The notes beneath the pieces were generated by a model. It ran no database searches. It worked only from the letters and a program-made list of their open reading frames with translations, and had not been told where the DNA came from. DNA of 64,000 bases from a virus (lineage: Duplodnaviria; Caudoviricetes), in the IMG/VR virus record IMGVR_UViG_3300009873_000003, positions 32,001 through 96,000 of that record. The stretch is one strand, 5' to 3'. Each line of letters opens with the position of its first letter. Within the stretch, counting starts at the first letter, position 1. Below are positions 11,001 to 21,216 of the stretch, in pieces. Made by a program: the position numbers and the translations under genes.

Positions 11001-11766
11001 ATGGCGCAAGACACAAACCGTCTTCACCTATGCTGGCGCTACTGGATATGCGACTATTGCTTTGCATTCCAATACCGCCGCCGCTGGTGGGAACGACCAT
11101 TGTTTCGACAACTTCACGTTAAAACGTGTCACAGCAGCAAGAGTGGAAACAACGACACCTGTAGCCTACGATTCAACTGTGCGTGCTGTCATTGACCAGG
11201 TGCTCGAAATCGCTGGCTGTAACGATGCTAGACGTGACGAACTGCTTGCACAAATTCTGAACAAAGCGTCAGGTAGCGGCTATGTGACACCAGTCTGCGC
11301 TAACGGTGTGACCCTGTTACGCATTCTGACCGAGCGAAATACCATCGAATTCTTAGGCACAGATGGCGCTGCGGTCGCTGCTCCTGCGAACTACACCATT
11401 GGTCAATGTGCCGCCGCAGCAAACACAAATGTCACTGTTGAAACTTATCGTCTCGCTGGGAATGCGGTTGGTGTCTCGACAGCCTCAACAGCACCAGCCA
11501 GTAACCCGACAGTTGGCAACACAGTGACAATCACGCCACCTTTCAGAGCTTTGTCTTGGCAATGGCTGAGACAAACACCACACGACCCTGGCGATGGTTC
11601 GGTTGCAGCATTAACTGTGAATGGATTCATTTATCATGCAGGCAATGGTCCTATTTATCAAACAACTGGACAGTCGATTCAGTCGAGTTCAGGGCAGACG
11701 ATTAACACGACCTACACGTTAACCGCATCTGGTCTGGCATTTGTGGAAGTGACGGTGATACGCTAA
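8035..11766 (+). CDS. Cys-rich virion protein with L-type lectin-like and CBM-like domains
   Basis: WLRLT..QFG.A...FPS...FDY..YGG.GADGI lectin signature, GF.G.TGG..NFHEI, an NLLENGDF CBM-like domain, and Cys-containing repeats. Confidence 0.7.
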   Translation: MPLLCPDCNSDCGHMIKPESLTPVAILCDMSTPKKDYELLNILCNPDNDLPVISAVGFNPADGTFELKYYNQDGTDYTGNTPVLCTKDFSYTTPLVFCHNGTDVTRTDVFQNDSNTPLFSIWQDKLGAVVAAPLAADIVAGWCTDVDYETYVLCDAGNSAKQFVRVVKFDTNIVPTTVADYELDGQTVYTAVGPITMCNPKVVEDICIFEIATDNFVEAALIDYSQNPPKLYEFGTNVERILQPTERLGRCNAIEICTETDDPELNGECGPGENVSLTLVASPDAEVLQDTSADTLCGGSWSHAPETPSAPFPIKEPLTGNTFNDANWVLNGSAMLTANGIIDAPGSGWLRLTSNANAQFGTAILNTAFPSTESVNFEFDYAVYGGSGADGISIFYLDGAFPVTGSGANGGAFGYSWNNASGQNGIPHGIVGIALDEFGTFATNNTVGVGGNNAGGNRVTVRGAGNAGTPGSNTYPFISSDAMPPGKSLLNHPRSAPLKVRGSILNEGGQLLLSVQIDFQDGDGFVAVVNRRNITAGIGGVLPPTLKIGFGGTTGGFNNFHEIKNLTVSTASKQYWRSFPITHDTVPACATEVKVCVDVDITITDDTQSTRGGDSEAEHWLRIVDIVTNETLDNKILASGPIKIDKKYTLSVCTEPIAINRIPNLRVYVGTESYDINGSYGSLWENFNVKVFAIGCPKKQHITTPISAPCPLEVIIVGGSVDSTGGGNSTTVYTAPAIDTSLVCADGAPALRYERRDADGTYTLQFYGLDGNLVTPTTWTPGSCDAIQPDSELEILCDDNRSFLRRYISGETGITVVNTDFDGTTLYTPVGTVRNCIRSGIANILADCSNVSTPVVSMGPNLLENGDFQKSSGLGATSNPGAGWTTAYTPANNIYASGVQTYAFFNTNASVVTNAAAAGVLALTGRSMAVNVGPNLATPIISWANIYLENGYQYALEADVAMLGGPFGVDIRINGAVVVAMTAPPTLNTWRKTQTVFTYAGATGYATIALHSNTAAAGGNDHCFDNFTLKRVTAARVETTTPVAYDSTVRAVIDQVLEIAGCNDARRDELLAQILNKASGSGYVTPVCANGVTLLRILTERNTIEFLGTDGAAVAAPANYTIGQCAAAANTNVTVETYRLAGNAVGVSTASTAPASNPTVGNTVTITPPFRALSWQWLRQTPHDPGDGSVAALTVNGFIYHAGNGPIYQTTGQSIQSSSGQTINTTYTLTASGLAFVEVTVIR

Positions 11767-12872
11767 TGAACACAAGTGTTACCTACTCTAGTGCTCAGAG
11801 TGAAGCAATCGATAAGACCATCTACACTCGCTTTGCTGATGTTCGGCGTAGTGACAATGGTCTTGTGACTTTCAAGCTTGGCGCAACAGGGACACCGTTC
11901 ACAGCATACGCTTCTAATCAATATGGTGGTGGCTGGATTCTACTGGCGCAATTCGTTCATCGAGGCGGTACGAATCCAGCCATCACCACAATCAATGCAC
12001 ATAACAATCTTCCTGTACTTTCGACAGCACCACTAGGCACAGATGAATCAACAATTCCAACGCAATGGGGAACGATTTCTGCTACGTTTCTCAATCTCTT
12101 CCCAGACGCAACAACAGATTTAGAGCTATGGTTCTATGGACAGACGAACGCACATGCACGAGTGATTAGCTTCATCACAGACGCAATCATCGACAGATGG
12201 CGGACAAACACTGGAACAATGCTTGATGTCAGAGACAGGTACATCCTCCTACCAGAGCATACTGCCTTCTTACCAAGAGCAACCGACAGTTCTTACCAAC
12301 AACAGAATGTCACTAACTTTCCATTTTATAATGCTGGCGACTACCATTGGGGAATTCGTGGTTTAAACACTCGCTGGGAGGTTGACGATTTTACCAATAA
12401 CGACAGTCGGCATACGATACATCGAGTTTGGTGTCGTTATAAACCTGGCGTCACGCAACCGTTGGTCGTCAATGGTGATTTCCTACAGGGAAATGTTGGC
12501 TGGATACTAGCAGGGAATGTTGTTGTCACTGGTGGACAGGCTGTGTTTAGCGGCGGCGATACGCCAATCACAGGAGTTCTTTCGCAAGTTTGTGCTACAG
12601 AAGCTGGCTGCGAATATAACTTAAGATATAACGTCGGATTCGTCGGTGCTGGCCCAGGAATGCCGAGATTGCTTGTCGAAATTAGAGACGACGCAACGAA
12701 CGCACTCATCGTGCCTGCACAGCTTTCTGTTGGTCAACCAGCAGCAACATACAATGTTCGTTTCACGGCAAGAGGGCAGACGAGGTTGGTTTTCATCGAC
12801 AACACGACGAACACAACGAATAAAGATTGCACGTTAGATAACGTGTCATTAAGTAGATATATTCAAGGATAG
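11766..12872 (+). CDS. Fibrinogen-like domain + galactose-binding-like (DUF642-type) domain protein
   Basis: GGGWILLAQ motif and a C-terminal LVVNGDF...LDNVSL jelly-roll domain. Confidence 0.55.
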   Translation: MNTSVTYSSAQSEAIDKTIYTRFADVRRSDNGLVTFKLGATGTPFTAYASNQYGGGWILLAQFVHRGGTNPAITTINAHNNLPVLSTAPLGTDESTIPTQWGTISATFLNLFPDATTDLELWFYGQTNAHARVISFITDAIIDRWRTNTGTMLDVRDRYILLPEHTAFLPRATDSSYQQQNVTNFPFYNAGDYHWGIRGLNTRWEVDDFTNNDSRHTIHRVWCRYKPGVTQPLVVNGDFLQGNVGWILAGNVVVTGGQAVFSGGDTPITGVLSQVCATEAGCEYNLRYNVGFVGAGPGMPRLLVEIRDDATNALIVPAQLSVGQPAATYNVRFTARGQTRLVFIDNTTNTTNKDCTLDNVSLSRYIQG

Positions 12873-12876
12873 AGAG

Positions 12877-13191
12877 ATGGCAAGCAATTCAGGACAAGGC
12901 GGCAATAGTCCGTTAAATGCGGTTGAACAGGCACATATTTTTAATGCTGTTGGTGTGAACTGGACACCAGCTAATGCGCCGGTTGGAACAAGGGTGACGT
13001 CGGTGTCAATGTCTGTGTTAGTGACAGATGCGGCTAACTCTGTGACTGATAGCGATGGAACAGTGACCACGAACATGCCTGCTGGCTTTTCGCAAACTTG
13101 GCAAGCAGCGAATGGGGCGACACTCAATCCACCGCAAATCATCAATCCTGGTCCAGCAGGGCGGATTTTAATCACATTCACAGTGAGATAA
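12877..13191 (+). CDS. Small hypothetical virion protein
   Basis: Tightly packed in the operon with an RBS-like AGGA/GAGAG upstream. Confidence 0.6.
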   Translation: MASNSGQGGNSPLNAVEQAHIFNAVGVNWTPANAPVGTRVTSVSMSVLVTDAANSVTDSDGTVTTNMPAGFSQTWQAANGATLNPPQIINPGPAGRILITFTVR

Positions 13192-13197
13192 AAAACT

Positions 13198-14805
13198 ATG
13201 GCAACGAATAGCAGTTTTGTGACAGCAGGTTCAGGTAACGAAGATTTTTTCAGAAGTGGCACAGCAGCGTTACCAGCTAAAGCAGATGGCACGAATGATG
13301 TGACTGAGAACATTACACGTGCTGGTGACACAGGTTTTGGTCTTGCTGACCCAACGCAAGTCGCTGCAAAGGTCGATGTCAATGGTGCAGAAGTCCTACG
13401 CCCTGTTGCCATCGCTAACCGCACGGCGAATGGTGCCATTGGCACAGCAGTGACAACCGTGGATGTCAGCAGCAATCTTTTACTAACGCAAACCACAGCA
13501 AACATTTCCGCAACACTGCCTAATCCTACGAACACACAAGCAGGTAGGCTGTTGTACATCGAAAATGGAAATGCCTCGACCGTTGCAATTGCCGTTAACG
13601 GCGTCAATCTCAACCCTGGCACTGGCACACAGTTCATCTGGTCAGGAACGGCATGGATTGGGCTTGGTGGGAATGTAGAAGATTTCTGGCGGAGTGGTAC
13701 TGGGGCAACTCTACCTGACGGCACAAATGATACTACAGATAGTATCACGCATAACGGTAATGTTGGTTTTGGTCTGACGAATCCGGCAACCTTAGCAGCA
13801 AGAGTCGATGTGAGTGGTTCAGCCGTCCTGCGTGCGTTAGCTCTAACAAACTTTGCTGCTAACGCTGCGATTGGCACTGCTGCGGCCACGGTTGATGCTG
13901 CCTCACACATCGTGATTCCACAGACAACAGCGAACATTAGTCTCACCTTACCTAACCCGACAAACACACAGTCAGGCAGAATCTTAGGCGTTCTAAACAC
14001 TGGCTCAACACCTGTGACAGTTGGTGGTCTCGTTATTCCTAATGGCGTTGGCGCACAGTTTGTTTGGAGTGGGACAGCGTGGATTCCTGAGTCAAGTGGT
14101 TCAGCACCGGACTTCTGGCGAAGTGGCACAGGCGCAACCTTGCCTGACGGTGTGACCGACCCAAGTGATGCCATCGCTCACTCTGGGAATCTGATGCTTG
14201 GTCTCCTGACGCCTAACACATCTGCTGGACGTTTTGATTTGACTGGTTCAACAGTTCTGCGTCCTGTTGCGTTAGGAAACTTCGCTGCGAATGCAGCAAT
14301 TGGAACAGCAGCAGCGACGGTTGATGTCGCTTCAACCATCACAATTAATCAAACCACAGCGAACATTGCAGTCACACTTCCTGGTCCAACGAACACACAG
14401 GTTGGCAGAATTGTGACAATCGCTAACATTGGCACAGTGCAATTGAAAGTTGGCGTTGTCTACTTGACCCCAGGTCGCTCTGCTTCATTCATTTGGACAG
14501 GGGCTGCGTGGTCGTTCATCGGCAATGAAGCAAGTTTCATTAATGTTGCTGCGTCAAGAGCAGCGTTAGCAACGGACCATTTGAAGACGATTCTTGCTGG
14601 TGCTGCCGCTATCACAATCACAGTGAACATAAATACTTTCCAATATGGTTTGTTTAGAGTTAGACAATCAACAAACGCAGGCATAATCACAATCGCTGCT
14701 GGCGCAGGTATGACGCTCGTTGCTCCATTTAGCGCTGCAACCCTTGGTTTAGCTGGCGCTGACACAATTGTCGAAGTTATAGGAACCACAGTGTACGTGT
14801 CATGA
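13198..14805 (+). CDS. Tail fibre-like protein with three ~145-aa tandem repeats
   Basis: DF(F/W)RSGT...DG..D and TLP.PTNTQ.GR and F.W.G.AW each occur three times. Confidence 0.7.
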   Translation: MATNSSFVTAGSGNEDFFRSGTAALPAKADGTNDVTENITRAGDTGFGLADPTQVAAKVDVNGAEVLRPVAIANRTANGAIGTAVTTVDVSSNLLLTQTTANISATLPNPTNTQAGRLLYIENGNASTVAIAVNGVNLNPGTGTQFIWSGTAWIGLGGNVEDFWRSGTGATLPDGTNDTTDSITHNGNVGFGLTNPATLAARVDVSGSAVLRALALTNFAANAAIGTAAATVDAASHIVIPQTTANISLTLPNPTNTQSGRILGVLNTGSTPVTVGGLVIPNGVGAQFVWSGTAWIPESSGSAPDFWRSGTGATLPDGVTDPSDAIAHSGNLMLGLLTPNTSAGRFDLTGSTVLRPVALGNFAANAAIGTAAATVDVASTITINQTTANIAVTLPGPTNTQVGRIVTIANIGTVQLKVGVVYLTPGRSASFIWTGAAWSFIGNEASFINVAASRAALATDHLKTILAGAAAITITVNINTFQYGLFRVRQSTNAGIITIAAGAGMTLVAPFSAATLGLAGADTIVEVIGTTVYVS

Positions 14806-15557
14806 TTTACGCAACCTTAGAAGACGTTTTACATCTATATAATGGCGGCGTGCGTTGGGAGACAGCCGTAATTCGCAATCCTGGCGCAACAGTTTTCACA
14901 ATTCCAGCGAATGTCGTTGCTGTTCGTGTCTTTGCTGTAGGTGCTGGCGGTGGCGGTGGCGGTACGAAACAAGGCAGGAATGGGCCATCGTCAGGTTCTG
15001 GTGGTGGCGCTGGTGGATTTAGTGCGTCAACCTTCCTAGTCACACCTGGCACGAACATTAACATGACAGTTGGCAATAATGGCGGCGGTGGAACTAGTGG
15101 TAATGCGAGCGCTGGTGGTGCAACGACTGTCACTTACGCCCCTGCTGGTATTAATCTTGTTGCTAATGGTGGAGCTGGCGGTATAGAGGTTGGTGGTAAC
15201 GCACCTGGTGCTGCTGGTGGAACTGCGTCAGGCGGTATGGTGAATGTGACAGGTGGCAGAGGTGGAGCTGGAAATAATAATTCGGCTAGAGGCGGTGGCG
15301 GTGGCGGCACAATGGGGAATAATGGTGCTGGCTTTAATGCTGGTTGCTTGAGTAATAACTTTGAACTCTACTTTGCACTTGGTTTAGCTGGCGCAGCAAC
15401 GAACTATTGTGGTGGCACAGGTGGTCAAGGTGGCGATGGTGGCGTTGGTGGACGTGGCTGCGGTGGTGGCGGTGCAGGAAAGCAGAGAACCAACACAAAT
15501 CGTGGCGGCAATGGTGGCGATGGCTACGTGGTGATTATGATGGCTAGGAGAAGATGA
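14802..15557 (+). CDS. Glycine-rich tail-associated protein
   Basis: FTIP..V..VRV.AVGAGGGGG ... GG.GG.G.V.I glycine-rich domain signature. Confidence 0.7.
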   Translation: MIYATLEDVLHLYNGGVRWETAVIRNPGATVFTIPANVVAVRVFAVGAGGGGGGTKQGRNGPSSGSGGGAGGFSASTFLVTPGTNINMTVGNNGGGGTSGNASAGGATTVTYAPAGINLVANGGAGGIEVGGNAPGAAGGTASGGMVNVTGGRGGAGNNNSARGGGGGGTMGNNGAGFNAGCLSNNFELYFALGLAGAATNYCGGTGGQGGDGGVGGRGCGGGGAGKQRTNTNRGGNGGDGYVVIMMARRR

Positions 15558-15589
15558 GGCAAAGATGTTGAGCACCTGGAGGGGCGAAG

Positions 15590-16318
15590 ATGTTGAGCAC
15601 CTATGTTGAGTTGACGCTTTTAGTTGTAGCTGTTATGACAATCACAGTTGCACTTTCATATGTAGTGAAATTCGCCTTGATGCGAGTCCTACGAAACACA
15701 TATCGAAGTTTCTTTTCTAACGCTGCGCAACTGTTTATCATTGTCATTGGGATTGTCACTGCACTGCGCTTAGCTAATATTGATTCGACAATTCTGCTAG
15801 CTGTCCTTGCAATAGTCACAGCAGGCATCAGTCTTGCCCTAGACCAAAGTGTGAAAGACGTCATCGGCGGTGTCAAGATAATTCTTTTCAAATATTACAA
15901 AGTCGGCGAATATGTTTCGTTCGATGATATTAAAGGCTTGGTCTTAGACATCAACCTTTTCTCAACTTCACTCAATGTCCAACCAAAAGGTTTAGTGGTT
16001 GTTGCTAACTCTAAAATCGTTGACGGCATCATCACCAACCATTCAAGACTCGATTCTGTTCGCTTCTTTCTGCAAATCCCTGTCACTGGCAAGCACAATC
16101 GAAACTATGCGCTATCACGAATCAAAGAAATTATCGATAAACATCCTGGAACATTGACAGGCGAGTCAAGAGTATTCCATCTATGGATTGATGGTGCGGA
16201 AACCTATCGTGTTCAATTAGAAATCATTGAATACGACAAACGTGAAGAAGTCGCAACAGACATTAGCGTGCGTCTAACGGAACTCTTAGAGGAATTAAAA
16301 GTCATTAATGCCAGCTAA
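15590..16318 (+). CDS. mscS: Small-conductance mechanosensitive channel (MscS family)
   Basis: Three N-terminal TM helices, then GISLALDQSVKDVIGG, YKVGEYV...KGLVLDINLFST, VVVANSKI...ITNHS, which is the MscS beta-domain pattern. Confidence 0.8.
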   Translation: MLSTYVELTLLVVAVMTITVALSYVVKFALMRVLRNTYRSFFSNAAQLFIIVIGIVTALRLANIDSTILLAVLAIVTAGISLALDQSVKDVIGGVKIILFKYYKVGEYVSFDDIKGLVLDINLFSTSLNVQPKGLVVVANSKIVDGIITNHSRLDSVRFFLQIPVTGKHNRNYALSRIKEIIDKHPGTLTGESRVFHLWIDGAETYRVQLEIIEYDKREEVATDISVRLTELLEELKVINAS

Positions 16319-17270
16319 GAAAATAATGCTGTCCGTGCTGATTTTAATATATTTCATCCTAGGAGGGTTCGGTGTCACGAATCCTCTTTCTTCTAATCGT
16401 CTGCTTGACGACCACCTAAATGTCAATGTGTCTGAAATCTTTTCTAACACTAACGCTAATTCTAACGCTAACGCTAGCTTGCTTGCTTCAGATTTCACTG
16501 AGAATGACACTAGCTTTGGTGTGAATGACGGCATTCACCTTAATGACCTGATGGTTGTTTTCCTCGCTCCTAATCCTTTAGTCTGGAAACTGAACACCAT
16601 TGTACAAGATAAGGTTCCAAACCCGATTTCGACTGAAATAGTACCAATTTTAGAGCCAAAATCAACCGAAACGCCATTCGCAACACCGATTTCGACAATT
16701 GAGCCAGAAGTCACGGAGGTCAATGTTCCGACAACTGTTTCGACACCTAGCCCGAATCCATCACCTATTAGAAGCGAAACGAGAATTGAAGCTTCAACAG
16801 CAACACTGGAAGCAACGCAGACGCAAACATTAGTTCCAACTTTCGAGCCTTCTGCAACATCATCACCAGCATCGACAAGCACACCAACGCCTGAACCAGC
16901 ATCAACATTGACATCGACGTTTGAGCCAACGCTGACAACGACACCAACAACAGCACCAACGCTTGAATCAACATTGACTCCAACGTTTTCGCCAACTGCT
17001 GAGCCTTCTGTGACATCAACGCCAACGTTCGAGGCAACATTCACAGCAACGCCTGAACCCACATCAACATCGACTCTGACGCTTGAACCAACATTGACAG
17101 CAAGTGCTACAGCAAGTGCTACAGCAAGTGCTACAGCAAGTGCTACAGCAACATTCACAGCAACGCTTGCAATTGCACCGACCTACACGCCGAGGCCAAC
17201 ATTGACGCCACGTCCTACATATACATTATTACCGACCTACACACCGAGGCCGACCTATGGCTACAATTAA
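16308..17270 (+). CDS. Signal/TM-anchored Pro/Thr/Ser-rich mucin-like protein
   Basis: Hydrophobic N-terminus, then TPT/EPT/ASAT low-complexity repeats and a PTYTPRPT tail. Confidence 0.7.
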   Translation: MPAKKIMLSVLILIYFILGGFGVTNPLSSNRLLDDHLNVNVSEIFSNTNANSNANASLLASDFTENDTSFGVNDGIHLNDLMVVFLAPNPLVWKLNTIVQDKVPNPISTEIVPILEPKSTETPFATPISTIEPEVTEVNVPTTVSTPSPNPSPIRSETRIEASTATLEATQTQTLVPTFEPSATSSPASTSTPTPEPASTLTSTFEPTLTTTPTTAPTLESTLTPTFSPTAEPSVTSTPTFEATFTATPEPTSTSTLTLEPTLTASATASATASATASATATFTATLAIAPTYTPRPTLTPRPTYTLLPTYTPRPTYGYN

Positions 17271-19056
17271 GCACTTGGCACTATTGGTCTTGTTATTTAT
17301 CTCATCTACACTTGTGGTAGCGGCCCAAACACCCTACCCAACAGCAACACCCTACCCAACAGCAACTTATTATCCGACACAAGAACCATACCCGACAGCA
17401 ACTTATTATCCGACGCCTTACCCAACATATCCATTAGCCACAGCAACTGGGACGAGCACACCGACTATAGAACCAACAGCAACACCAACGTGGGTGCTGG
17501 TTCCAACACTAACACCAACACTAACACCAACACTAACACCAACACTAACGCCAACACTAACACTAACACTAACACTAACACCAACACTAACACCAACACT
17601 AACGCCAACACTAACACTAACACTAACGCCAACACTAACGCCAACATTGACACCAACATTGACACCAACATTGACACCAACATTGACTCCAACGCTGACT
17701 CCAACACTTTGCGCTATAACGAGTTCCCATCCTGGTACGCATTTTAGTCGTTGGTGGAGTGGTCCTGGCGTGGTATCAGGAGTCGGTGGTGGCGACCCAG
17801 GACCAAATCTCAACAATGTTTTTAACACAGTTGACGACTACGGGATGCCTTATCGCTTATCTGCTGCACCCAACCTCGTGCGTTGGTTAACTGGCGCTGG
17901 TTTTGGCACAACTTCCAGTGGTTTAGCGACAATTAGTGAGGCGTGGATTATAGTTCCTGTCGGTGTGACGAGTCTATCAATCAGACAAGTTAATCACGGC
18001 ACTGTGACGCTAGGTTTCTACGCAGGACCATCTCTGGAAACTGCAACAAGACTATCCTGGAATGCCTACAACGGAACATTGACGATAAATGACTTAAGCA
18101 GTTATCCAGAGCTTTGCGGTCAAAAGATTGTATATGTCCGTGGGTACACCGCCGATGGGTATAATGTCACAGGTCAGTGGTTTCATTGGGACTTGGGGAA
18201 TGGGTTTGTCGTTGTTCCTAACTCAAACCTTCATGGCACCAACCCCATTGATGATTCCTATCCATCGTTATCACCAACCTTAACGCCAACACCGACAGCA
18301 ACAGCGACAAGCACACCAACGTGGGTGCTTGTTCCGACCCCAACGTTGACTCCAACAGAAACCCCAACGTTGACGCCAACATTGACACCAACATTGACAC
18401 CAACGTTGACTCCAACGTTGACTCCAACGTTGACTCCAACGTTGACTCCAACGTTGATTCCAACGTTGACTCCAACGTTGACTCCAACGTTGATTCCAAC
18501 AGAGACGCCAACGTTGATTCCAACAGAGACGCCAACGTTGACGCCAACGTTGACACCAACGTTGACACCAACAGAGACTCCGACGTTGACTCCGACGTTG
18601 ACTCCAACGTTGACACCAACGTTGATTCCAACAGAGACGCCAACGCTAACACCAACGCCTGTGACTATGCTCTACAATATTGGAACAAACTATGGCAGTC
18701 ACTGGAGCAAGAGCGGTAATGTTGGAATTTCAGCGACCGAGGCTGTCTACTCTAGTGGCAATTCTGTTGTTAACGGTGTTGTTTGGCAAGACATCTGGAC
18801 AGGCGTAGGGAAGGCGTACACACTTAAGTTTACTTTAACATCGATTGGATGTCTTAGCAGTTCTGGTATCGCAAGAGTAAAAGTGACTGTCGAGAATCTG
18901 ACTACCGGACAGATAGTTACAACAGTTGATAAGACGACTGTCACGACAAATAATACATTGACTTTCACAGGCGTTGGCTCGATTAGAATTCAATTCAGCG
19001 ACATTACACTCAATACAAACAATTGTGATTTAGTTTTATCAAACGTGCAATTTTAG
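17257..19056 (+). CDS. Secreted TPTL-repeat (mucin-like) protein with two globular domains
   Basis: Signal peptide, two TPTL tracts flanking a ~190-aa domain, and a C-terminal jelly-roll resembling the C-terminus of 11766..12872. Confidence 0.7.
   Translation: MATIKHLALLVLLFISSTLVVAAQTPYPTATPYPTATYYPTQEPYPTATYYPTPYPTYPLATATGTSTPTIEPTATPTWVLVPTLTPTLTPTLTPTLTPTLTLTLTLTPTLTPTLTPTLTLTLTPTLTPTLTPTLTPTLTPTLTPTLTPTLCAITSSHPGTHFSRWWSGPGVVSGVGGGDPGPNLNNVFNTVDDYGMPYRLSAAPNLVRWLTGAGFGTTSSGLATISEAWIIVPVGVTSLSIRQVNHGTVTLGFYAGPSLETATRLSWNAYNGTLTINDLSSYPELCGQKIVYVRGYTADGYNVTGQWFHWDLGNGFVVVPNSNLHGTNPIDDSYPSLSPTLTPTPTATATSTPTWVLVPTPTLTPTETPTLTPTLTPTLTPTLTPTLTPTLTPTLTPTLIPTLTPTLTPTLIPTETPTLIPTETPTLTPTLTPTLTPTETPTLTPTLTPTLTPTLIPTETPTLTPTPVTMLYNIGTNYGSHWSKSGNVGISATEAVYSSGNSVVNGVVWQDIWTGVGKAYTLKFTLTSIGCLSSSGIARVKVTVENLTTGQIVTTVDKTTVTTNNTLTFTGVGSIRIQFSDITLNTNNCDLVLSNVQF
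17501..17709 (+). repeat. 12-bp VNTR (ACACCAACACTA-like; encodes TPTL)
   Basis: Directly visible tandem repeat. Confidence 0.9.
18337..18660 (+). repeat. 12-bp VNTR (ACTCCAACGTTG-like; encodes TPTL/TPTE)
   Basis: Directly visible tandem repeat. Confidence 0.9.
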
Positions 19057-19157
19057 TCTGTTATATTTCTACAACTTGAACAGCAGTCAGTATCGAATGT
19101 ATAATTGAGACGTCATCAATGCTGTCTACTTTGTTCCTGACGTAAGAAGGCAAAAAT

Positions 19158-19871
19158 ATGAGTGTAACGGTGCGTGACAAAATGGTTGAATTGAGTGATT
19201 TACTAAAACAAGATGAGAGCAAAGTCTTGAAGAAAATCTTTGAGTCAATGTTCGACTTGGTTTTCATTGTTGATAAAGAATTTAATATTCTGCAAGCCTC
19301 ACCTTCGATTAGAGTTTTAGGCTACACACCTAGCGAAGTCGAGCTTAAAAGCATCTTCATCTTGGCTAATGACAATGCTGTCATGAATAAGGTGTTCGAT
19401 AATCCAAGCAATGGGCATAAATTTGTTGAAATTGTGCCGTTGATGAACAAGAACAAAGAAATCGTTCACTACGAGTTCTTCTGCACGCTGATGAAAATTG
19501 ATGAAGAAGATTTCTTCATCGTCATTGCGTCAGATGTCAGTGCGAAACTGTTAGCAGAAAGTGAACTTAAAAAGCATTCTGAAAATATTGAAGCAGAACT
19601 AAAACAAGAGCGACAGTTTCGGCTAGACCAAGATAAAACAACGCTTCAGAAAACCATCACCAAGTGGCTGATTTTTCTGATTGGTTTTCTAATAATGATT
19701 CCATACGTTGGTGGAGCAATCTTCAATCTACCATCAGAATGGACAAATTCGACTTTCAATGTTCTGTTAATGGTTGTTGGTTCGTTGGCCGTCGCTGTCT
19801 CTAGTATTTTTAACACGAAGCAAGCAGAGACGAACAGTAACAGTAATAACACAGTTGAGATTAAGAAGTAG
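19158..19871 (+). CDS. PAS domain + coiled coil + two-TM membrane protein
   Basis: IFESMFDLVFIVD..FNILQASPS...LGY.PSE...SDVS PAS pattern, a charged coiled coil, and two C-terminal TM helices. Upstream TTGAAC-18-TATAAT promoter. Confidence 0.7.
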   Translation: MSVTVRDKMVELSDLLKQDESKVLKKIFESMFDLVFIVDKEFNILQASPSIRVLGYTPSEVELKSIFILANDNAVMNKVFDNPSNGHKFVEIVPLMNKNKEIVHYEFFCTLMKIDEEDFFIVIASDVSAKLLAESELKKHSENIEAELKQERQFRLDQDKTTLQKTITKWLIFLIGFLIMIPYVGGAIFNLPSEWTNSTFNVLLMVVGSLAVAVSSIFNTKQAETNSNSNNTVEIKK

Positions 19872-19879
19872 GAGTTATC

Positions 19880-20125
19880 ATGCAAGAGTTTCAGAATCTA
19901 GATTTAAAAATTGATAAGGACAAGGTTAGTGTCAAGAATCCTTTAGCGAGCAAGACAATCATCGCTAACGCACTAGTTCTAGTCTTGACTTTCATCTCTG
20001 TCGTCAGTCCAGAAGCACTAAACATTGACCCCAAAGTCTTACTCATCGCTAGTGCTTTCATCAACATTGCGCTAAGATTTGTGACTAGCGAAAGAATTGC
20101 CTTTGGTGTTGAAGATGAAAACTAA
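19880..20125 (+). CDS. Holin-like two-TM protein
   Basis: Small; SKTIIAN...INIALRFVT pattern; AGGAG RBS; upstream of an M23 peptidase. Confidence 0.6.
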   Translation: MQEFQNLDLKIDKDKVSVKNPLASKTIIANALVLVLTFISVVSPEALNIDPKVLLIASAFINIALRFVTSERIAFGVEDEN

Positions 20126-20477
20126 GCTCTATCACTATAAAGCTAAAGTTAACAGAGTGATTGATGGTGACACGATTGACGTTGAAATCGATGTTGGTTT
20201 CAACTTCTGGTTGCATAATGTCAAGGTAAGATTCGCTAGAATAAATGCTCCAGAAACTAAAGGTCAGAGTAAAGAGTTTGGTTTAGTCACTAAAACCTAT
20301 GTCACTAGCCTAATTGAACATGAGACTGTGATTCTACATGTCCTAAAAACTGATGATAAATATGGCAGAATTTTAGCCGATGTCTACTATCACAACGTCG
20401 AGACCGACACTTGGATTAATCTAAATCAAGAACTTGTTGAAAAGAATCTTGCCATTCCATTCATGACAGAGATATAG
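20115..20477 (+). CDS. Thermonuclease (SNase-like) protein
   Basis: RVIDGDT...VRFARINAPE...DKYGRILA...LNQELV motifs. ATG at 20115. Confidence 0.88.
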   Translation: MKTKLYHYKAKVNRVIDGDTIDVEIDVGFNFWLHNVKVRFARINAPETKGQSKEFGLVTKTYVTSLIEHETVILHVLKTDDKYGRILADVYYHNVETDTWINLNQELVEKNLAIPFMTEI

Positions 20478-20481
20478 AAAG

Positions 20482-21201
20482 ATGAACTACTATCGAACGC
20501 TAACTGAACTAAATATTAGAGACAAGCCAAATGGTCAATGGCTAGGTACAATGCGACCTGAAACCATCGCCTACGCTCTAGCAGAACCTATCCAACTTAG
20601 TGAAACTTGGTGGGTTAATGTGTTCGCCTATGACACTCATGGCATTTGGATTAATGGGTTTAGTGCAATAAGTCAAGCTGATACTGTGTTCATGGAGGCA
20701 TTTGTACCACATGTTAAGCTAGGCAATCCTTATCGTGGTGAAACGCATGTAACACAACTGTTTGGCGAAAACCCAGCGATGTATCAATCTACATTCCCTG
20801 GTCTTGGCCTAATGTTTCATAATGGCATCGATTTCTCTGGTTTACAGAATACGCAAATCTATAGCGTTGCACCAGGCGTTGTTGAAGTAGGTTTTGACGC
20901 TAGAGGCTATGGTCACTTCGTTAAAATCACTGGCGCAACACTAACAATCGTCTATGCTCATATGCGAGACCTACAAGTGAATTCCAATCAGTATATTGAA
21001 CCTGGTACATTGATAGGCTTTGAGAGTAATTCAGGTGGTGAACATTATGGCATGGGAAAACACTTGCATATTGAAGTTAGAAACAAAAACCTTTATAATT
21101 ACGATAACGGAGCACTAGGGAGAATAGATTTACTGCCTTATCTTGATTGGAGCAACATCACTTTCCCTAACTACTGCTCTATTCTAAACACGTTCAAATG
21201 A
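20482..21201 (+). CDS. M23 peptidase (probable endolysin) with N-terminal SH3b-like domain
   Basis: HNGIDF, GYG, YAHM and HLHIE zinc motifs; LNIR.KP SH3-like start. Confidence 0.85.
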   Translation: MNYYRTLTELNIRDKPNGQWLGTMRPETIAYALAEPIQLSETWWVNVFAYDTHGIWINGFSAISQADTVFMEAFVPHVKLGNPYRGETHVTQLFGENPAMYQSTFPGLGLMFHNGIDFSGLQNTQIYSVAPGVVEVGFDARGYGHFVKITGATLTIVYAHMRDLQVNSNQYIEPGTLIGFESNSGGEHYGMGKHLHIEVRNKNLYNYDNGALGRIDLLPYLDWSNITFPNYCSILNTFK

Positions 21202-21216
21202 CAGAGGCTAATTGAC

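Noticed and set aside
12849-14174. 441-aa antisense ORF, and similar antisense ORFs across the structural genes and tape measure
   Set aside because: Shadows of codon-biased sense genes that have coherent motifs and RBSs; no independent signals.
2-15557. Diversity-generating retroelement acting on fibre genes
   Set aside because: No reverse transcriptase and no template/variable repeat pair with adenine-specific differences seen.
17490-18719. NT/VDSN-repeat ORFs in alternative frames
   Set aside because: By-products of the stop-free 12-bp VNTRs.
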